From NCBI GenBank assembly GCA_963841435.1, contig CAWJCS010000004.1, positions 672,001-736,000 of the forward strand: DNA of 64,000 nt, in the 5' to 3' direction. The first letter of the stretch is position 1, and every line of letters starts with the position of its first letter. The position numbers and the translations under genes are program-made. Positions 52,593 through 61,727 of the stretch are shown here, in pieces. The notes under the pieces were generated by a model. The model did not search any database, was not told where the DNA came from, and saw nothing but the letters and a program-made list of their open reading frames with translations. This stretch comes from an uncultured delta proteobacterium. GTDB taxonomy: Bacteria; Myxococcota_A; Polyangia; Polyangiales; Polyangiaceae.

Positions 52593-53534
52593 TCAGGCGC
52601 GCGGATGGGCCCGACGGTGGGCCTCGCGCACGTGGTCCTGGCTCACGTGGGTGTAGATCTCGGTCGTCACGATGTTGGCGTGGCCGAGTAGGGTCTGCAC
52701 GCTGCGTAGGTCGGCCCCACCGCCGAGCAGGTGCGTGGCGAACGAATGGCGCAGCTGGTGCGGGTGCGCGCCGCCGCGCACTCCGGCCGCGCGCGCGTAG
52801 CGTCCGACGATTTGCCAGAACGCCTGACGTGTCAGCGCCCCGCCGCGCGGCGAGCGAAACACGACGTTCTTCCGCGGGCCGTCGTTCTTCGCCGCGAGCC
52901 GGCTTGGGCCGCGGCGCTTCGAGGTGTCGTTTTCGGCGGCGTCACGCGCTCGGAGGTACGCCTCGAGGTGCGCGAGCGCGACCTCGCCGAGCGGCACGAG
53001 CCTTCGCTTTTGACCCTTGCCGAGCGCGTTCACGACACCGCGTTCGAGGTCGATGTCCCCGAATTCGAGGCGCACGAGCTCGCTCACGCGCAGCCCCGCC
53101 GCGTAGGCCACGCTCAGCATGGCTCGGTCGCGCAGGCCGCGCAGTGTCGACGGGTCCGGGGTCTCGATGAGACGCACCATTTCCGCCTCGGCGAGCGGCC
53201 GCGGAAGCCGCCGGCCGAGGCGCGGGCGTGCCGCGAGTGCCGTGGGATCGTGCTCGAGGTAGCCCTCGCGCAAGAGGAACTTCGAGAAGCCGCGCAGCGC
53301 CGAGAGGTGGCGCGCAGCCGAGCGCGCACCGAGCCCCTCGCGCGCGAGCGCCGTGAGCCACGCCGTCACGAGCCCGAGATCGAGCGGCGGCCCGGCACCG
53401 GTCTTGCTCTTTTCCTCGGCGAAGGCCACGAGCTTCGCGAGATCGGTCGCGTAGGCCGTCAGCGTGTTTTTCGAGAGCGCCCGCTCGACCCTGAGGTGGT
53501 CGAGGTACGCGTCGAGCAGGCGGTCCAGGCGCAC
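52593..53534 (-). CDS. xerD: site-specific tyrosine recombinase XerD
   Basis: VERALSKNT..AY..DL, RDRAML...YA.GLRVSELV, GKG.K.RLVP, HPHQLRHSFATHLL.GGADLRSVQ.LLGH, TT.IYTHV. Confidence 0.92.
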   Translation of the reverse strand: MRLDRLLDAYLDHLRVERALSKNTLTAYATDLAKLVAFAEEKSKTGAGPPLDLGLVTAWLTALAREGLGARSAARHLSALRGFSKFLLREGYLEHDPTALAARPRLGRRLPRPLAEAEMVRLIETPDPSTLRGLRDRAMLSVAYAAGLRVSELVRLEFGDIDLERGVVNALGKGQKRRLVPLGEVALAHLEAYLRARDAAENDTSKRRGPSRLAAKNDGPRKNVVFRSPRGGALTRQAFWQIVGRYARAAGVRGGAHPHQLRHSFATHLLGGGADLRSVQTLLGHANIVTTEIYTHVSQDHVREAHRRAHPRA

Positions 53535-53592
53535 GCGGCAATTGTAGGCGCGGGCCGCCCGCGCGGCACATTTCTGGTAAGAAAGCCGGGCC

Positions 53593-56500
53593 ATGGCCGA
53601 GAGCCCGTTCGAAAAGCTGGTCCAGGATCCGAGCCTGCCGGAGATGGAGCGCGGCATCCTCGAGCTCTGGGAGCGGCTCGACGCGTTCCGGGAATCGAAC
53701 CGGCGCCGAAAAGGGCAGAAGGAGTTCGTGTTCTACGACGGGCCGCCCTTCGCGACGGGAACGCCGCACTACGGCCACCTGCTCGCAGGAACGATCAAAG
53801 ACATCGTCCCGCGCTACTGGTGCATGCGTGGCCATTACGTCGAGCGGCGCTTCGGCTGGGATTGCCACGGCTTGCCCATCGAGAACCTCGCCCAGGACGC
53901 GCTCGGCCTGAACGGCGCGCCGGACATCCGTGCGCGTGGCGTGGCGGAGTTCAACGAACAGTGCCGCTCGATGGTCCTACGTTACGTCGGGGAGTGGCGC
54001 GCCGTCGTCACGCGCATGGGGCGCTGGGTGGATTTCGACGACGACTACAAGACCATGGACCCCGAGTTCATGGAGTCCGTCTGGTGGGTGTTCAAAAAGC
54101 TCTGGGACGCCGGTCGCATCTACCGCGCGCACCGCATCGTCCCGTATAGCTACAAGCTCAGCACGCCGCTCTCGAACCTCGAAGCGAGCGCGAGCTACCA
54201 GGACGTGCAGGATCCGGCGATCACGGTGCGCTTCCGGCTGCTCGACGCACCGTTTGCCGACGAAGCGCCCACGTTCGCGCTCGCCTGGACGACCACGCCC
54301 TGGACGCTCCCGGGCAATCTCGCGCTCTGCGTCGGCCCGGACATCGAGTACCGCGTCGTCGAGGACATTGCTTCGGGCGCGCGCTACGTCGCGGCGACGG
54401 AGCGGCTCTCTGCGCTCTACAAGTCGGAGTCGGAGTACCGCGTCCTTCGCACGCTGCTCGGCAAGGAGCTCGTGGGCCTCAGCTACGAGCCTCTTTTCGA
54501 CTATTTCGCGGGCCAGCCGAGCGCCTTCCGGATCCTCGCGGACGGTTACGTGAGCACGGGCGACGGCACGGGCATCGTGCACATCGCGCCCGCCTACGGC
54601 GAGGACGACTACCGCGTGTGCCGCCGCGAAGGCATCGGGCTCGTGGATCCGCTCGACGCCGAGTGTCGCTTCACGAGCGCCGTGCCCGAGCACGCGGGTG
54701 TGCTCTGCAAGGAGGCTGACAAGGCCATCATCCGGCGCCTCAAGGACGCCGGGAAGCTCGTCAAACAAGAGACGATCGTGCACAGCTATCCGTTCGACGA
54801 TCGCACGGACACGCCGCTCGTCTATCGTGCCATCGACGCCTGGTACGTGAAGGTGGAGGACCTTCGCGATCGCATGGCCGAGCACAACCAGCTCATCCGC
54901 TGGGTGCCCGAGGCCGTGGGCAGGAATCGCTTCGGCAACTGGCTCCGCGACGCGCGCGACTGGAACGTCAGCCGCAACCGCTTCTGGGGCTCGTGCATCC
55001 CCGTGTGGATCGCGGAAGACGGCTCCGATTCGCTCTGCATCGGCTCGATCGCCGAGCTCGAAGAGCTATCGGGCGTCAGGCTGACCGACCTGCACAAGCA
55101 CTACGTCGACGAGGTCGTGATCGAAAAGGGTGGCAAACGTTACCGCCGCACGCCCGAGGTCCTCGACTGCTGGTTCGAATCGGGCGCCATGCCCTACGGC
55201 CAGAAGCACTACCCGTTCGAGAACAAGCAACGCTTCGAGGCGACCTTCCCCGCAAACTTCATCGCCGAGGGGCTCGATCAAACGCGCGCCTGGTTTTACT
55301 ACCTGCTCTTGCTCTCGACGGCGCTCTTCGACAAGCCGGCGTTCGAGAACGTCGTCGTCAACGGCCTCGTGCTCGCCGAGGACGGCAAGAAGATGTCGAA
55401 GTCGAAGAAGAACTACCCCGATCCGGGCAAGGTGCTCGAGGAGATCGGTGCGGACGCCCTGCGCGCCTACCTCATCGACTCGCCCGTCGTGCGCGGGGAA
55501 CCGCTGCGTTTCAGCGAGAAGGGGCTGCGCGAGATCGTTCGCACGGTCGTGTTGCCCTATTGGAATGCGCTCTCGTTTTTTGTCACGTACGCGCGCGTCG
55601 ACGGCTGGGACCCTCGCACGGCGAAAGCGCGCGCCGTGCGCGAGCGCGGCGAGCTCGACCGCTTCGTCTTGTCGGAGCTCGAGAGCCTGGTCGGCGACGT
55701 GAATCGCGAGATGGAGGCGTACCGGCTGTTTGCGGTCGTGCCGCGGCTCGTCGCCTTCATCGACACGCTCACCAACTGGTACATCCGGCTATCGCGGCGG
55801 CGCTTCTGGAAGAGCCAGGACGACGCCGACAAGGGTGACGCGTACGAGACCCTGTACGAGGTGCTCACGACGTTCGCGCGCGTCATGGCGCCGTTCATGC
55901 CCTTTTTGAGCGAGTTCGTGTACCAGCGCACGGTGCGCGCCGTCGACGCGGCGGCGCCCGCCTCGGTGCACTTCTGCGACTACCCGCTCGTGCGTCCCGA
56001 GCGCATCGAAAAAGCGCTCGAAGGGCGCATGAGGCTTGCGCGCCAGGTCGTCTCGCTGGGGCGGCGCCTGCGCGAGGAGCAGAAGCTCAAAGTGCGCCAG
56101 CCGCTCGCTCGGCTCACGGTCGTGAGCCGCAATCCCGCCGTGCGCGCAGCCGCGCTCGAGAGCACGGCGCTCTTGTCGGAGGAGCTGAACGTCAAGGCCG
56201 TCGACAGTTCGGACGACGAGGCGTCGTTCTGCTCGCTCAGCGTGAAGCCGAACTTCGCCAGCCTCAAAGCGCGGGCCGCGAGCAAGCTCAAGGAGATCGG
56301 GCAGGGGCTTTCGAGCTTCGGCTTCGAGGAGGTCGGGCGGCTCGAAGCCGGCGAGACGATCCCGCTCGCGGGTGAGGCGATTGCGCTCGCCGACGTACTC
56401 TTGGTCAGAAAGCCGACGCCCGGCCGTGCGGTGGCGAGCGAGGGCGACGTGACGCTCGTGCTCGACGCCGAGCTGACGCCCGAGCTCTTGCTCGAAGGAC

Positions 56501-56739
56501 TGGCGCGCGAGCTCGTCAGCGTGCTGCAGCAGGCGCGAAAGTCGCTCGGCCTCGAGGTGAGCGATCGGGTGAAAGTGTTCTGGGACAGCGAGGACGCGGA
56601 CGTGGTGCGCGCCATCGAGGTGCACGGCGCGTGGGTGAGCGAGGAGGTGCTCGCGCGCGAGCTGTCACGCGACGCGACGGTGACGGGCCGCGAATCGCTC
56701 AACGGCAGGCCAGTCAGGCTGCGCGTCGAGAAGGCGTGA
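53593..56739 (+). CDS. ileS: isoleucine--tRNA ligase (type 2)
   Basis: FYDGPPFATGTPHYGH, GWDCHGLP, WTTTPWTLP, SRNRFWG, EGLDQTR.WF, KMSKS. Confidence 0.97.
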   Translation: MAESPFEKLVQDPSLPEMERGILELWERLDAFRESNRRRKGQKEFVFYDGPPFATGTPHYGHLLAGTIKDIVPRYWCMRGHYVERRFGWDCHGLPIENLAQDALGLNGAPDIRARGVAEFNEQCRSMVLRYVGEWRAVVTRMGRWVDFDDDYKTMDPEFMESVWWVFKKLWDAGRIYRAHRIVPYSYKLSTPLSNLEASASYQDVQDPAITVRFRLLDAPFADEAPTFALAWTTTPWTLPGNLALCVGPDIEYRVVEDIASGARYVAATERLSALYKSESEYRVLRTLLGKELVGLSYEPLFDYFAGQPSAFRILADGYVSTGDGTGIVHIAPAYGEDDYRVCRREGIGLVDPLDAECRFTSAVPEHAGVLCKEADKAIIRRLKDAGKLVKQETIVHSYPFDDRTDTPLVYRAIDAWYVKVEDLRDRMAEHNQLIRWVPEAVGRNRFGNWLRDARDWNVSRNRFWGSCIPVWIAEDGSDSLCIGSIAELEELSGVRLTDLHKHYVDEVVIEKGGKRYRRTPEVLDCWFESGAMPYGQKHYPFENKQRFEATFPANFIAEGLDQTRAWFYYLLLLSTALFDKPAFENVVVNGLVLAEDGKKMSKSKKNYPDPGKVLEEIGADALRAYLIDSPVVRGEPLRFSEKGLREIVRTVVLPYWNALSFFVTYARVDGWDPRTAKARAVRERGELDRFVLSELESLVGDVNREMEAYRLFAVVPRLVAFIDTLTNWYIRLSRRRFWKSQDDADKGDAYETLYEVLTTFARVMAPFMPFLSEFVYQRTVRAVDAAAPASVHFCDYPLVRPERIEKALEGRMRLARQVVSLGRRLREEQKLKVRQPLARLTVVSRNPAVRAAALESTALLSEELNVKAVDSSDDEASFCSLSVKPNFASLKARAASKLKEIGQGLSSFGFEEVGRLEAGETIPLAGEAIALADVLLVRKPTPGRAVASEGDVTLVLDAELTPELLLEGLARELVSVLQQARKSLGLEVSDRVKVFWDSEDADVVRAIEVHGAWVSEEVLARELSRDATVTGRESLNGRPVRLRVEKA

Positions 56740-56906
56740 GCAGAGCCGGACGGCGGTTCCCAGCGTGATCGACCAGGCGCCGGCCCTGTGGCATCGCTCC
56801 CCGCAACCGTTGCTGGGCCAGAGAGCCGCTGGCACAGCTGGCACAGCCGCGGAGCCCGAAACGGCCCTCGGGGGAGCACTGGGCCCTGCTGACGCGCTCC
56901 GAGGCG

Positions 56907-56922
56907 TGGCATGATGGTTGCT
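56907..56922 (+). promoter_or_regulatory. promoter element upstream of the repeat lipoprotein (sigma-54-like, or extended -10)
   Basis: TGGCATG-ATGG-TTGCT has GG-N10-GC spacing, but is only 14 bp from the ATG; can also be read as TG-n-CATGAT. Confidence 0.4.
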
Positions 56923-56936
56923 CCGCCGAGGACCCC

Positions 56937-57602
56937 ATGAAGCGCCGCCGCTCACGAATCGTACCCAGCGTGGTGTTCGCCACCACCGTCACGGCGGTCG
57001 TGCCCGTCGTCGCCTGCGGGTCGTCCTCGGATGACGAGCAGGGTGGGGGCAGCTCCGGCAAGGGGGGCACGGCGCAGTCCGGAAGCGGTGGCACGGCGGG
57101 GGGCGTGGCTATGGGCGGATTCGGGGCCACGGGCGGTGCGACCGTAGCGGCGTCCGGCTTTGGGGGTACGGGAGGCGCCACGGTGTTTCTCGCCGGGTTC
57201 GGGGGCACGGGCGGTGTGAGCGGCGCGGGTGCCGGGCTCGGCGGCACGGCCGGCGCAACCGTGTTCGCCGCTGGCTTCGGCGGGTTCTCCGTGGCGGGGG
57301 GCGGCTTCGCCGGGCTCGGCGGCACTGCGGGCTTCGGCGGCGGCGTGTTCCTCGCCGGCTTCGGTGGCATCGGTGCTGCCGGCGCGGGCGGCCGTGGTGG
57401 TGCGGGCAACGCCGGAGCCTCGGGTGCTGGCGCGGGTGGGCAGTCGGGCAGCGCCGGCTCGAGCGGCGCGGCGGGGCAGGGGGGTGGAGGAGGGTTCACG
57501 GTCTTTGCGGCTGGTTTCGGGGGAGGCGTCGCGGCCGGTGCCTTCGGGGGAGGCGTCGCGGCCGGTGCCTTCGGCGGCGGTGGCCGCGGCAGCGGCGCCT
57601 GA
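56937..57602 (+). CDS. Gly-rich lipoprotein with nine V-x-x-x-[G/A]-F-[G/A] repeats and no globular domain (candidate precursor peptide)
   Basis: GAGGA RBS; basic N-terminus, hydrophobic stretch, VVAC lipobox; repeats start at 57105, 57144, 57183, 57261, 57291, 57345, 57501, 57528, 57555. Confidence 0.75.
   Translation: MKRRRSRIVPSVVFATTVTAVVPVVACGSSSDDEQGGGSSGKGGTAQSGSGGTAGGVAMGGFGATGGATVAASGFGGTGGATVFLAGFGGTGGVSGAGAGLGGTAGATVFAAGFGGFSVAGGGFAGLGGTAGFGGGVFLAGFGGIGAAGAGGRGGAGNAGASGAGAGGQSGSAGSSGAAGQGGGGGFTVFAAGFGGGVAAGAFGGGVAAGAFGGGGRGSGA
57516..57574 (+). repeat. 27-bp tandem repeat, 2.2 copies (FGGGVAAGA)
   Basis: TTCGGGGGAGGCGTCGCGGCCGGTGCC repeated exactly twice. Confidence 0.9.
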
Positions 57603-57622
57603 GCGATTCGAGGACCGCGTCG

Positions 57623-58498
57623 ATGACCGTGCGCGAGCGCCTAGCGATCACGTCCGCGCTGAGCGGGACGCCGCTCTCTCGTCAGCACGAGCTCGCGCTC
57701 GCCGGCAAGCTCGTGAAGCCGCCCAAGGCGCTGCCATGGACGGCGTTCGACCGGAGCGCTCACGCGGAGGCCGCGCTCGGCCTCGCGACGCACCTGCATC
57801 GCGGCCTTGCACGCGGTGAATATGCGGCCATCGGCCTGTTTGCGGAGCTCGCGGCGGGCCTCTCGTTCACGGGTGCGCCGCTCGACTTCATCCATGCCGC
57901 CACGGTGGTGAGCGGCGACGAGGCGCGTCACGCCGAGTACTGCGTGCGCATGGCAACCCTGTGCCACGGGGCCGAGGTTCCGATCGAGGTGGCCGCCAAC
58001 GATCTCCACGCGAGCCTCGCTCCGCTCGTCAACATCGAGGAAGTGGACTTTGCGATGCTACAGCTCGTCGCCTTTTCCGAAACGCTCGCCACGGGCCTCC
58101 TGGCCGAGTGCCAGCGGCGCGCGAAGGATCGACTGAGCCGTGCGCTGTTTCGCGCCTTGATCTCCGACGAGGTCCATCACGCGCGGCTCGGCTGGTACTA
58201 CGCCGCCTACCGCTCGCCCCAGTGGTCGCTCGCAGAGCGACAGCGGCTCGCGGATCGTGTCAGCGGGTTCGTCGTGGAGGTCGAGCGACAGTTCTGGGTC
58301 GGACGCGACGCCCCGCCGGCGGCCGCTGCTTCGGCGCGCGCGCTCGGCATCCTGGACTCCAAGGCGCAGCGAGCGGTGATCCGAGATGTCATGGAGAACG
58401 AGATCGTGCCGGCGCTCGACGCGCTCGGCTTCTCCGGGTCGCGGGTGTGGTCCGTGCGGCGGCGTGGCGCGCCGGCTCCGCGCCGCCGCAAGCGATGA
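57623..58498 (+). CDS. ferritin-like diiron-carboxylate protein
   Basis: E (GEYAA)...DEARH...E (SETLA)...DEVHH, the four-helix-bundle ligand pattern. Confidence 0.85.
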   Translation: MTVRERLAITSALSGTPLSRQHELALAGKLVKPPKALPWTAFDRSAHAEAALGLATHLHRGLARGEYAAIGLFAELAAGLSFTGAPLDFIHAATVVSGDEARHAEYCVRMATLCHGAEVPIEVAANDLHASLAPLVNIEEVDFAMLQLVAFSETLATGLLAECQRRAKDRLSRALFRALISDEVHHARLGWYYAAYRSPQWSLAERQRLADRVSGFVVEVERQFWVGRDAPPAAAASARALGILDSKAQRAVIRDVMENEIVPALDALGFSGSRVWSVRRRGAPAPRRRKR

Positions 58499-59922
58499 CG
58501 GCGGTCCTCGCGCTCCGGCCGCTCCGCGCGCGGCTGACGGCTCGCGAGCGCTCGCGGCTCGCGAGCACCCTCGAACGGTTGCTCGCGTGGCAGCGCACGC
58601 TCAACGGGTTCCCCGCGGCCGTGAGGGCTCCCGATGCGACCCCCATCGTGTCCCTGTATGCCGACGGGACGCTGCGCGGCTGCGCGTACAGCGACGAAGG
58701 ACGGGGTGGCGAGCGGCTCGCGCGAGCGTTCTTGTTCGCGCTCGGGGACCCGCGCGCGCACTCCCTGGACCCGCGCGCCCGGGGACGGCTGGTGGCAGAG
58801 CTCAGCTATGCTCGCGATCTCCGGCGCGTCTCCTGGGCCGCGGCACCGGCCCTGATTGCCCCCGGTGCGCACGGCCTCGCGCTCGAGCATCCTGGGGGGA
58901 CGACGCTGCTCGTCCCCGATGTCGCCCGTGAAGCGGGTCTCGACGCTGGCGGGTTGCTCGACGCGCTGTCGCGCAAAGCGGCGCTCGGTGTGGCCGAGCG
59001 AACGGCGCGCCTCTACCTGTTCGAAACGGAGCGCATCGTCGTTCCGGGCACGCGGTCGAGCGTTTCACGGGCTGCCGACGCGATTTCGTCCGCCGTGCGC
59101 TGGCTGTGTGGCCGCGTGGGGTCGGACGGCGCCATGAGCTTTGGTCTCGATCCCAAGGCCGGGCGTGACGAGCCGGTCGGTCCGTTTCACCACGGGCGCG
59201 CCGCCGTCGCCGTCGCCGCGCTCTCGGCCCACCCCCTGGGCCGCAGCGCGGCGGAGCGCGCTCGCCGTTGGCTCGGGCGCGAGCTTGCCCGGGCGCTCGG
59301 TGGTGCCCCCGTCCCCGGCTTTCCGAAGGACGTGCCGGGCGTCGCCGGAACGCTGGCGCTCGCGTCGCTCGCGGGCGTCGCCGTCGGGCCGCGCCTCGCC
59401 GAGCTTTCACTGAGCGACGCGCTCGGGCGGTCTGCGTGGCACGCGGCGCAGGTTGCGTGCGCGCTCGGGTCCGAGACGCCGCCTTCGCTATGGCGTTCGT
59501 TGGTCCGCGCCCTCGACCGTGACGCTCGTGCGCCGTGGACGCTCCTCGCAGCGCGCGCTCGCGGCGACGCGCGCGTCGTCGAGCGCACGACGGCTGCGCT
59601 GGTCGCGGCGCTGAGACCCGACGGTCCCCACCGGGGCAGTGTCACGAGCGGCGGCGCGCCCGAAGTCGCGCTGACGGCGCTCACGGTCGAAGCGCTCGCA
59701 GGCGGGCAGGAGAGCGCGGTGCGCGCAGGGCTCGTCGAGGCGGTCGCGTTCCTCGAAGGCTGCCAGGTGGGGCCCGACTCGCTGCCGGAGGCTCTCGACG
59801 CCTCCCGAGCGCTGGGCGCCTTTCCGCTGACGCCGGTTTGTTCCTTCCTGCGCACTGACGTCACGGCGCATGCCGTGCTTGCCCTCCTCGCGGCCAAGGC
59901 AGGCCCGCGGGGCGCGCGCTGA
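58495..59922 (+). CDS. AMMECR1-domain protein fused to a helical (alpha/alpha toroid-like) C-terminal domain
   Basis: VSLY..GTLRGC, PG.HGL.L, TLLVP.VA.E, L..L..KA match AMMECR1; C-terminal GAF.......RTD.T.H..LAL; ATGA-coupled to the diiron gene. Confidence 0.7.
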   Translation: MTAVLALRPLRARLTARERSRLASTLERLLAWQRTLNGFPAAVRAPDATPIVSLYADGTLRGCAYSDEGRGGERLARAFLFALGDPRAHSLDPRARGRLVAELSYARDLRRVSWAAAPALIAPGAHGLALEHPGGTTLLVPDVAREAGLDAGGLLDALSRKAALGVAERTARLYLFETERIVVPGTRSSVSRAADAISSAVRWLCGRVGSDGAMSFGLDPKAGRDEPVGPFHHGRAAVAVAALSAHPLGRSAAERARRWLGRELARALGGAPVPGFPKDVPGVAGTLALASLAGVAVGPRLAELSLSDALGRSAWHAAQVACALGSETPPSLWRSLVRALDRDARAPWTLLAARARGDARVVERTTAALVAALRPDGPHRGSVTSGGAPEVALTALTVEALAGGQESAVRAGLVEAVAFLEGCQVGPDSLPEALDASRALGAFPLTPVCSFLRTDVTAHAVLALLAAKAGPRGAR

Positions 59923-59982
59923 ATCAGAGTGACCGCTCCAAAGCTCTTGCGGACGCGGGGAAGGTCGCTACGGTGAACGCGC

Positions 59983-60489
59983 ATGGCGTCGCGCAACGCT
60001 CTCGTCGTCGGAAGCCCGGCGCCAGACTTCACGCTGCACGATCAGTCCGGGCGCGCCGTGCATTTCGCCGAGCTTCTGAAACAGGGCCCCGTGGTGCTCT
60101 ACTTTTACCCGAAGGACCACACGCCCGGCTGCACGCTCGAGGCTTGCGGTTTTCGTGATGCCCAGGCGGATTTCGCGAAGGCCGGGGCCACCGTCGTCGG
60201 CGTGAGCGACGACACGGTCGCGGAGCACGCGCGCTTTGCCGCCCAGCACGCCTTGCCCTTCACGCTGCTCAGCGACGCCCGGGGTCAAGTGCGCGAGCTC
60301 TACGGCGTGCCGCGCCTCTTCGGCGTCATCCCAGGTCGCGTCACGTTCGTGGTCGATCCGGACGGTATGATCCGCCACGCGTTCACGTCGCACCTTCGTA
60401 TGCAGCGCCACGTGGTCGAAGCGCTCGAGACGGTGCGCAAGCTCGCTCAGGGCGGCAGCCCGGCGAGCGGCGGCGCGGTCACGGCGTAG
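59983..60489 (+). CDS. bcp: peroxiredoxin (Bcp/PrxQ)
   Basis: APDFTL.DQ.G, VLYFYPKD.TPGCT.EAC.FRD, R.TFVVD. Confidence 0.93.
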   Translation: MASRNALVVGSPAPDFTLHDQSGRAVHFAELLKQGPVVLYFYPKDHTPGCTLEACGFRDAQADFAKAGATVVGVSDDTVAEHARFAAQHALPFTLLSDARGQVRELYGVPRLFGVIPGRVTFVVDPDGMIRHAFTSHLRMQRHVVEALETVRKLAQGGSPASGGAVTA

Positions 60490-60562
60490 CTCTCCCCGGT
60501 TCGGCAGCGTTCGAAGGCAGAACCCGACCGGCCGCCGCGTATCAAAGGTCGGGTTAGAGGTC

Positions 60563-61708
60563 GTGCTTCGTCGTCCGCTCATGCTGGCCCTGGTTGGTTC
60601 GGGGCTGTTTTTCCCGCTCGGTGCGTTCGGAGCGACCGGCGAGGCGCCCTCCGACACGATGTCGCCCGGGAGCGACGCCGCACGGGCGCCCGATGCCTCA
60701 GGCCCGCCAGCGAGCGCCAAGGACGCTTTTCTGCCTGGCGCGGCACCGGACGGTGCCGGCGCGTCCTCGAGCGCGGACCGGCACGCGGATCCCTCCGAGA
60801 TCTGCAAGATCGACCCGGCGGCTTGCCCCTCGCTCGACCTGAAAGCGGAGGCGGCGACAACCTCGGACGAGCCCCTCTACGCGACGGCTCAGGTGCGCTC
60901 GCTGGGCGGGCTCGCTTCGAAGAGCAGCGAGCGCTTCGTGCTTCCCGCGGGCGTCGGCGAGCTCGGCGGCGATGTCGCGCTCATCACGAGCGGCCCGGTG
61001 CTCACGGACCACGAGCTACAGCTCACCAATCTCGGCCTCTTTCGGCTGCGGGGCAGACAGAGCTTCGGTACGAGAGTCGAGCTTCGCGCGGGCACGTCGC
61101 TCCTTGCCAAGCAGCCGGTCGATGCTCACGAGGGAGCCTGGCAGGGAGCGTTCGTCGGAACGACCTTCGAGCCCACGCGCGGCTTTGCCTTCACGTTCGA
61201 CGCGTCCTTCTCGCCGCTGCTCTACGATGCAGGCAGCGCCTGGCAGGTGACGCCGGGGCTGATGGCAAAGTGGAGGCTCGACCGCTATGCGCGGCTCTTG
61301 CTCGGCGTCGGCAGCATCTTCACGGCGCTCGATGCCGAAGGGGGCTTCACGCCGCGCGCGTTCGTCGAGGAGGGCAGCGCGGAAGTGGAAGCACAGCTCG
61401 GCGGCGACGACGGCGGCTTTTGGCTCACGACGGACTATCGCGTTCCCTTCGCGTCGCGCGGTGACCGGCCCGGGTCGCCGTCGGTCCCTCTCGACGCCCC
61501 CGTCACGCTGTCGCTCGAGGTCGGCGGCGTGCTCACGGTTTCCGACACCTGGGATCTTTTCGCCTCCTACGCGTTCGTCGACCACGGCGAGCTCGAGCGG
61601 CCCGAGACGACGCTACCCATCCTCGACGGAGGCTTCGACCAGCGACAGCTCGTGTTCGGGGTGCAGCACCGGTTCCTGCCGAAGCGGCCCCGTCACCGCG
61701 CTCCCTGA
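60563..61708 (+). CDS. secreted hypothetical protein, possible outer-membrane beta-barrel
   Basis: Signal peptide, low-complexity linker, CKIDPAAC pair, amphipathic strands ending LVFGVQHRF. Confidence 0.65.
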   Translation: MLRRPLMLALVGSGLFFPLGAFGATGEAPSDTMSPGSDAARAPDASGPPASAKDAFLPGAAPDGAGASSSADRHADPSEICKIDPAACPSLDLKAEAATTSDEPLYATAQVRSLGGLASKSSERFVLPAGVGELGGDVALITSGPVLTDHELQLTNLGLFRLRGRQSFGTRVELRAGTSLLAKQPVDAHEGAWQGAFVGTTFEPTRGFAFTFDASFSPLLYDAGSAWQVTPGLMAKWRLDRYARLLLGVGSIFTALDAEGGFTPRAFVEEGSAEVEAQLGGDDGGFWLTTDYRVPFASRGDRPGSPSVPLDAPVTLSLEVGGVLTVSDTWDLFASYAFVDHGELERPETTLPILDGGFDQRQLVFGVQHRFLPKRPRHRAP

Positions 61709-61727
61709 ATCGCGGTCGGGTCCGCCG

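Noticed and set aside
52593-53534. Tyrosine recombinase as the island integrase
   Set aside because: It has housekeeping XerD features, lies about 8 kb outside the repeats and sits among core genes.
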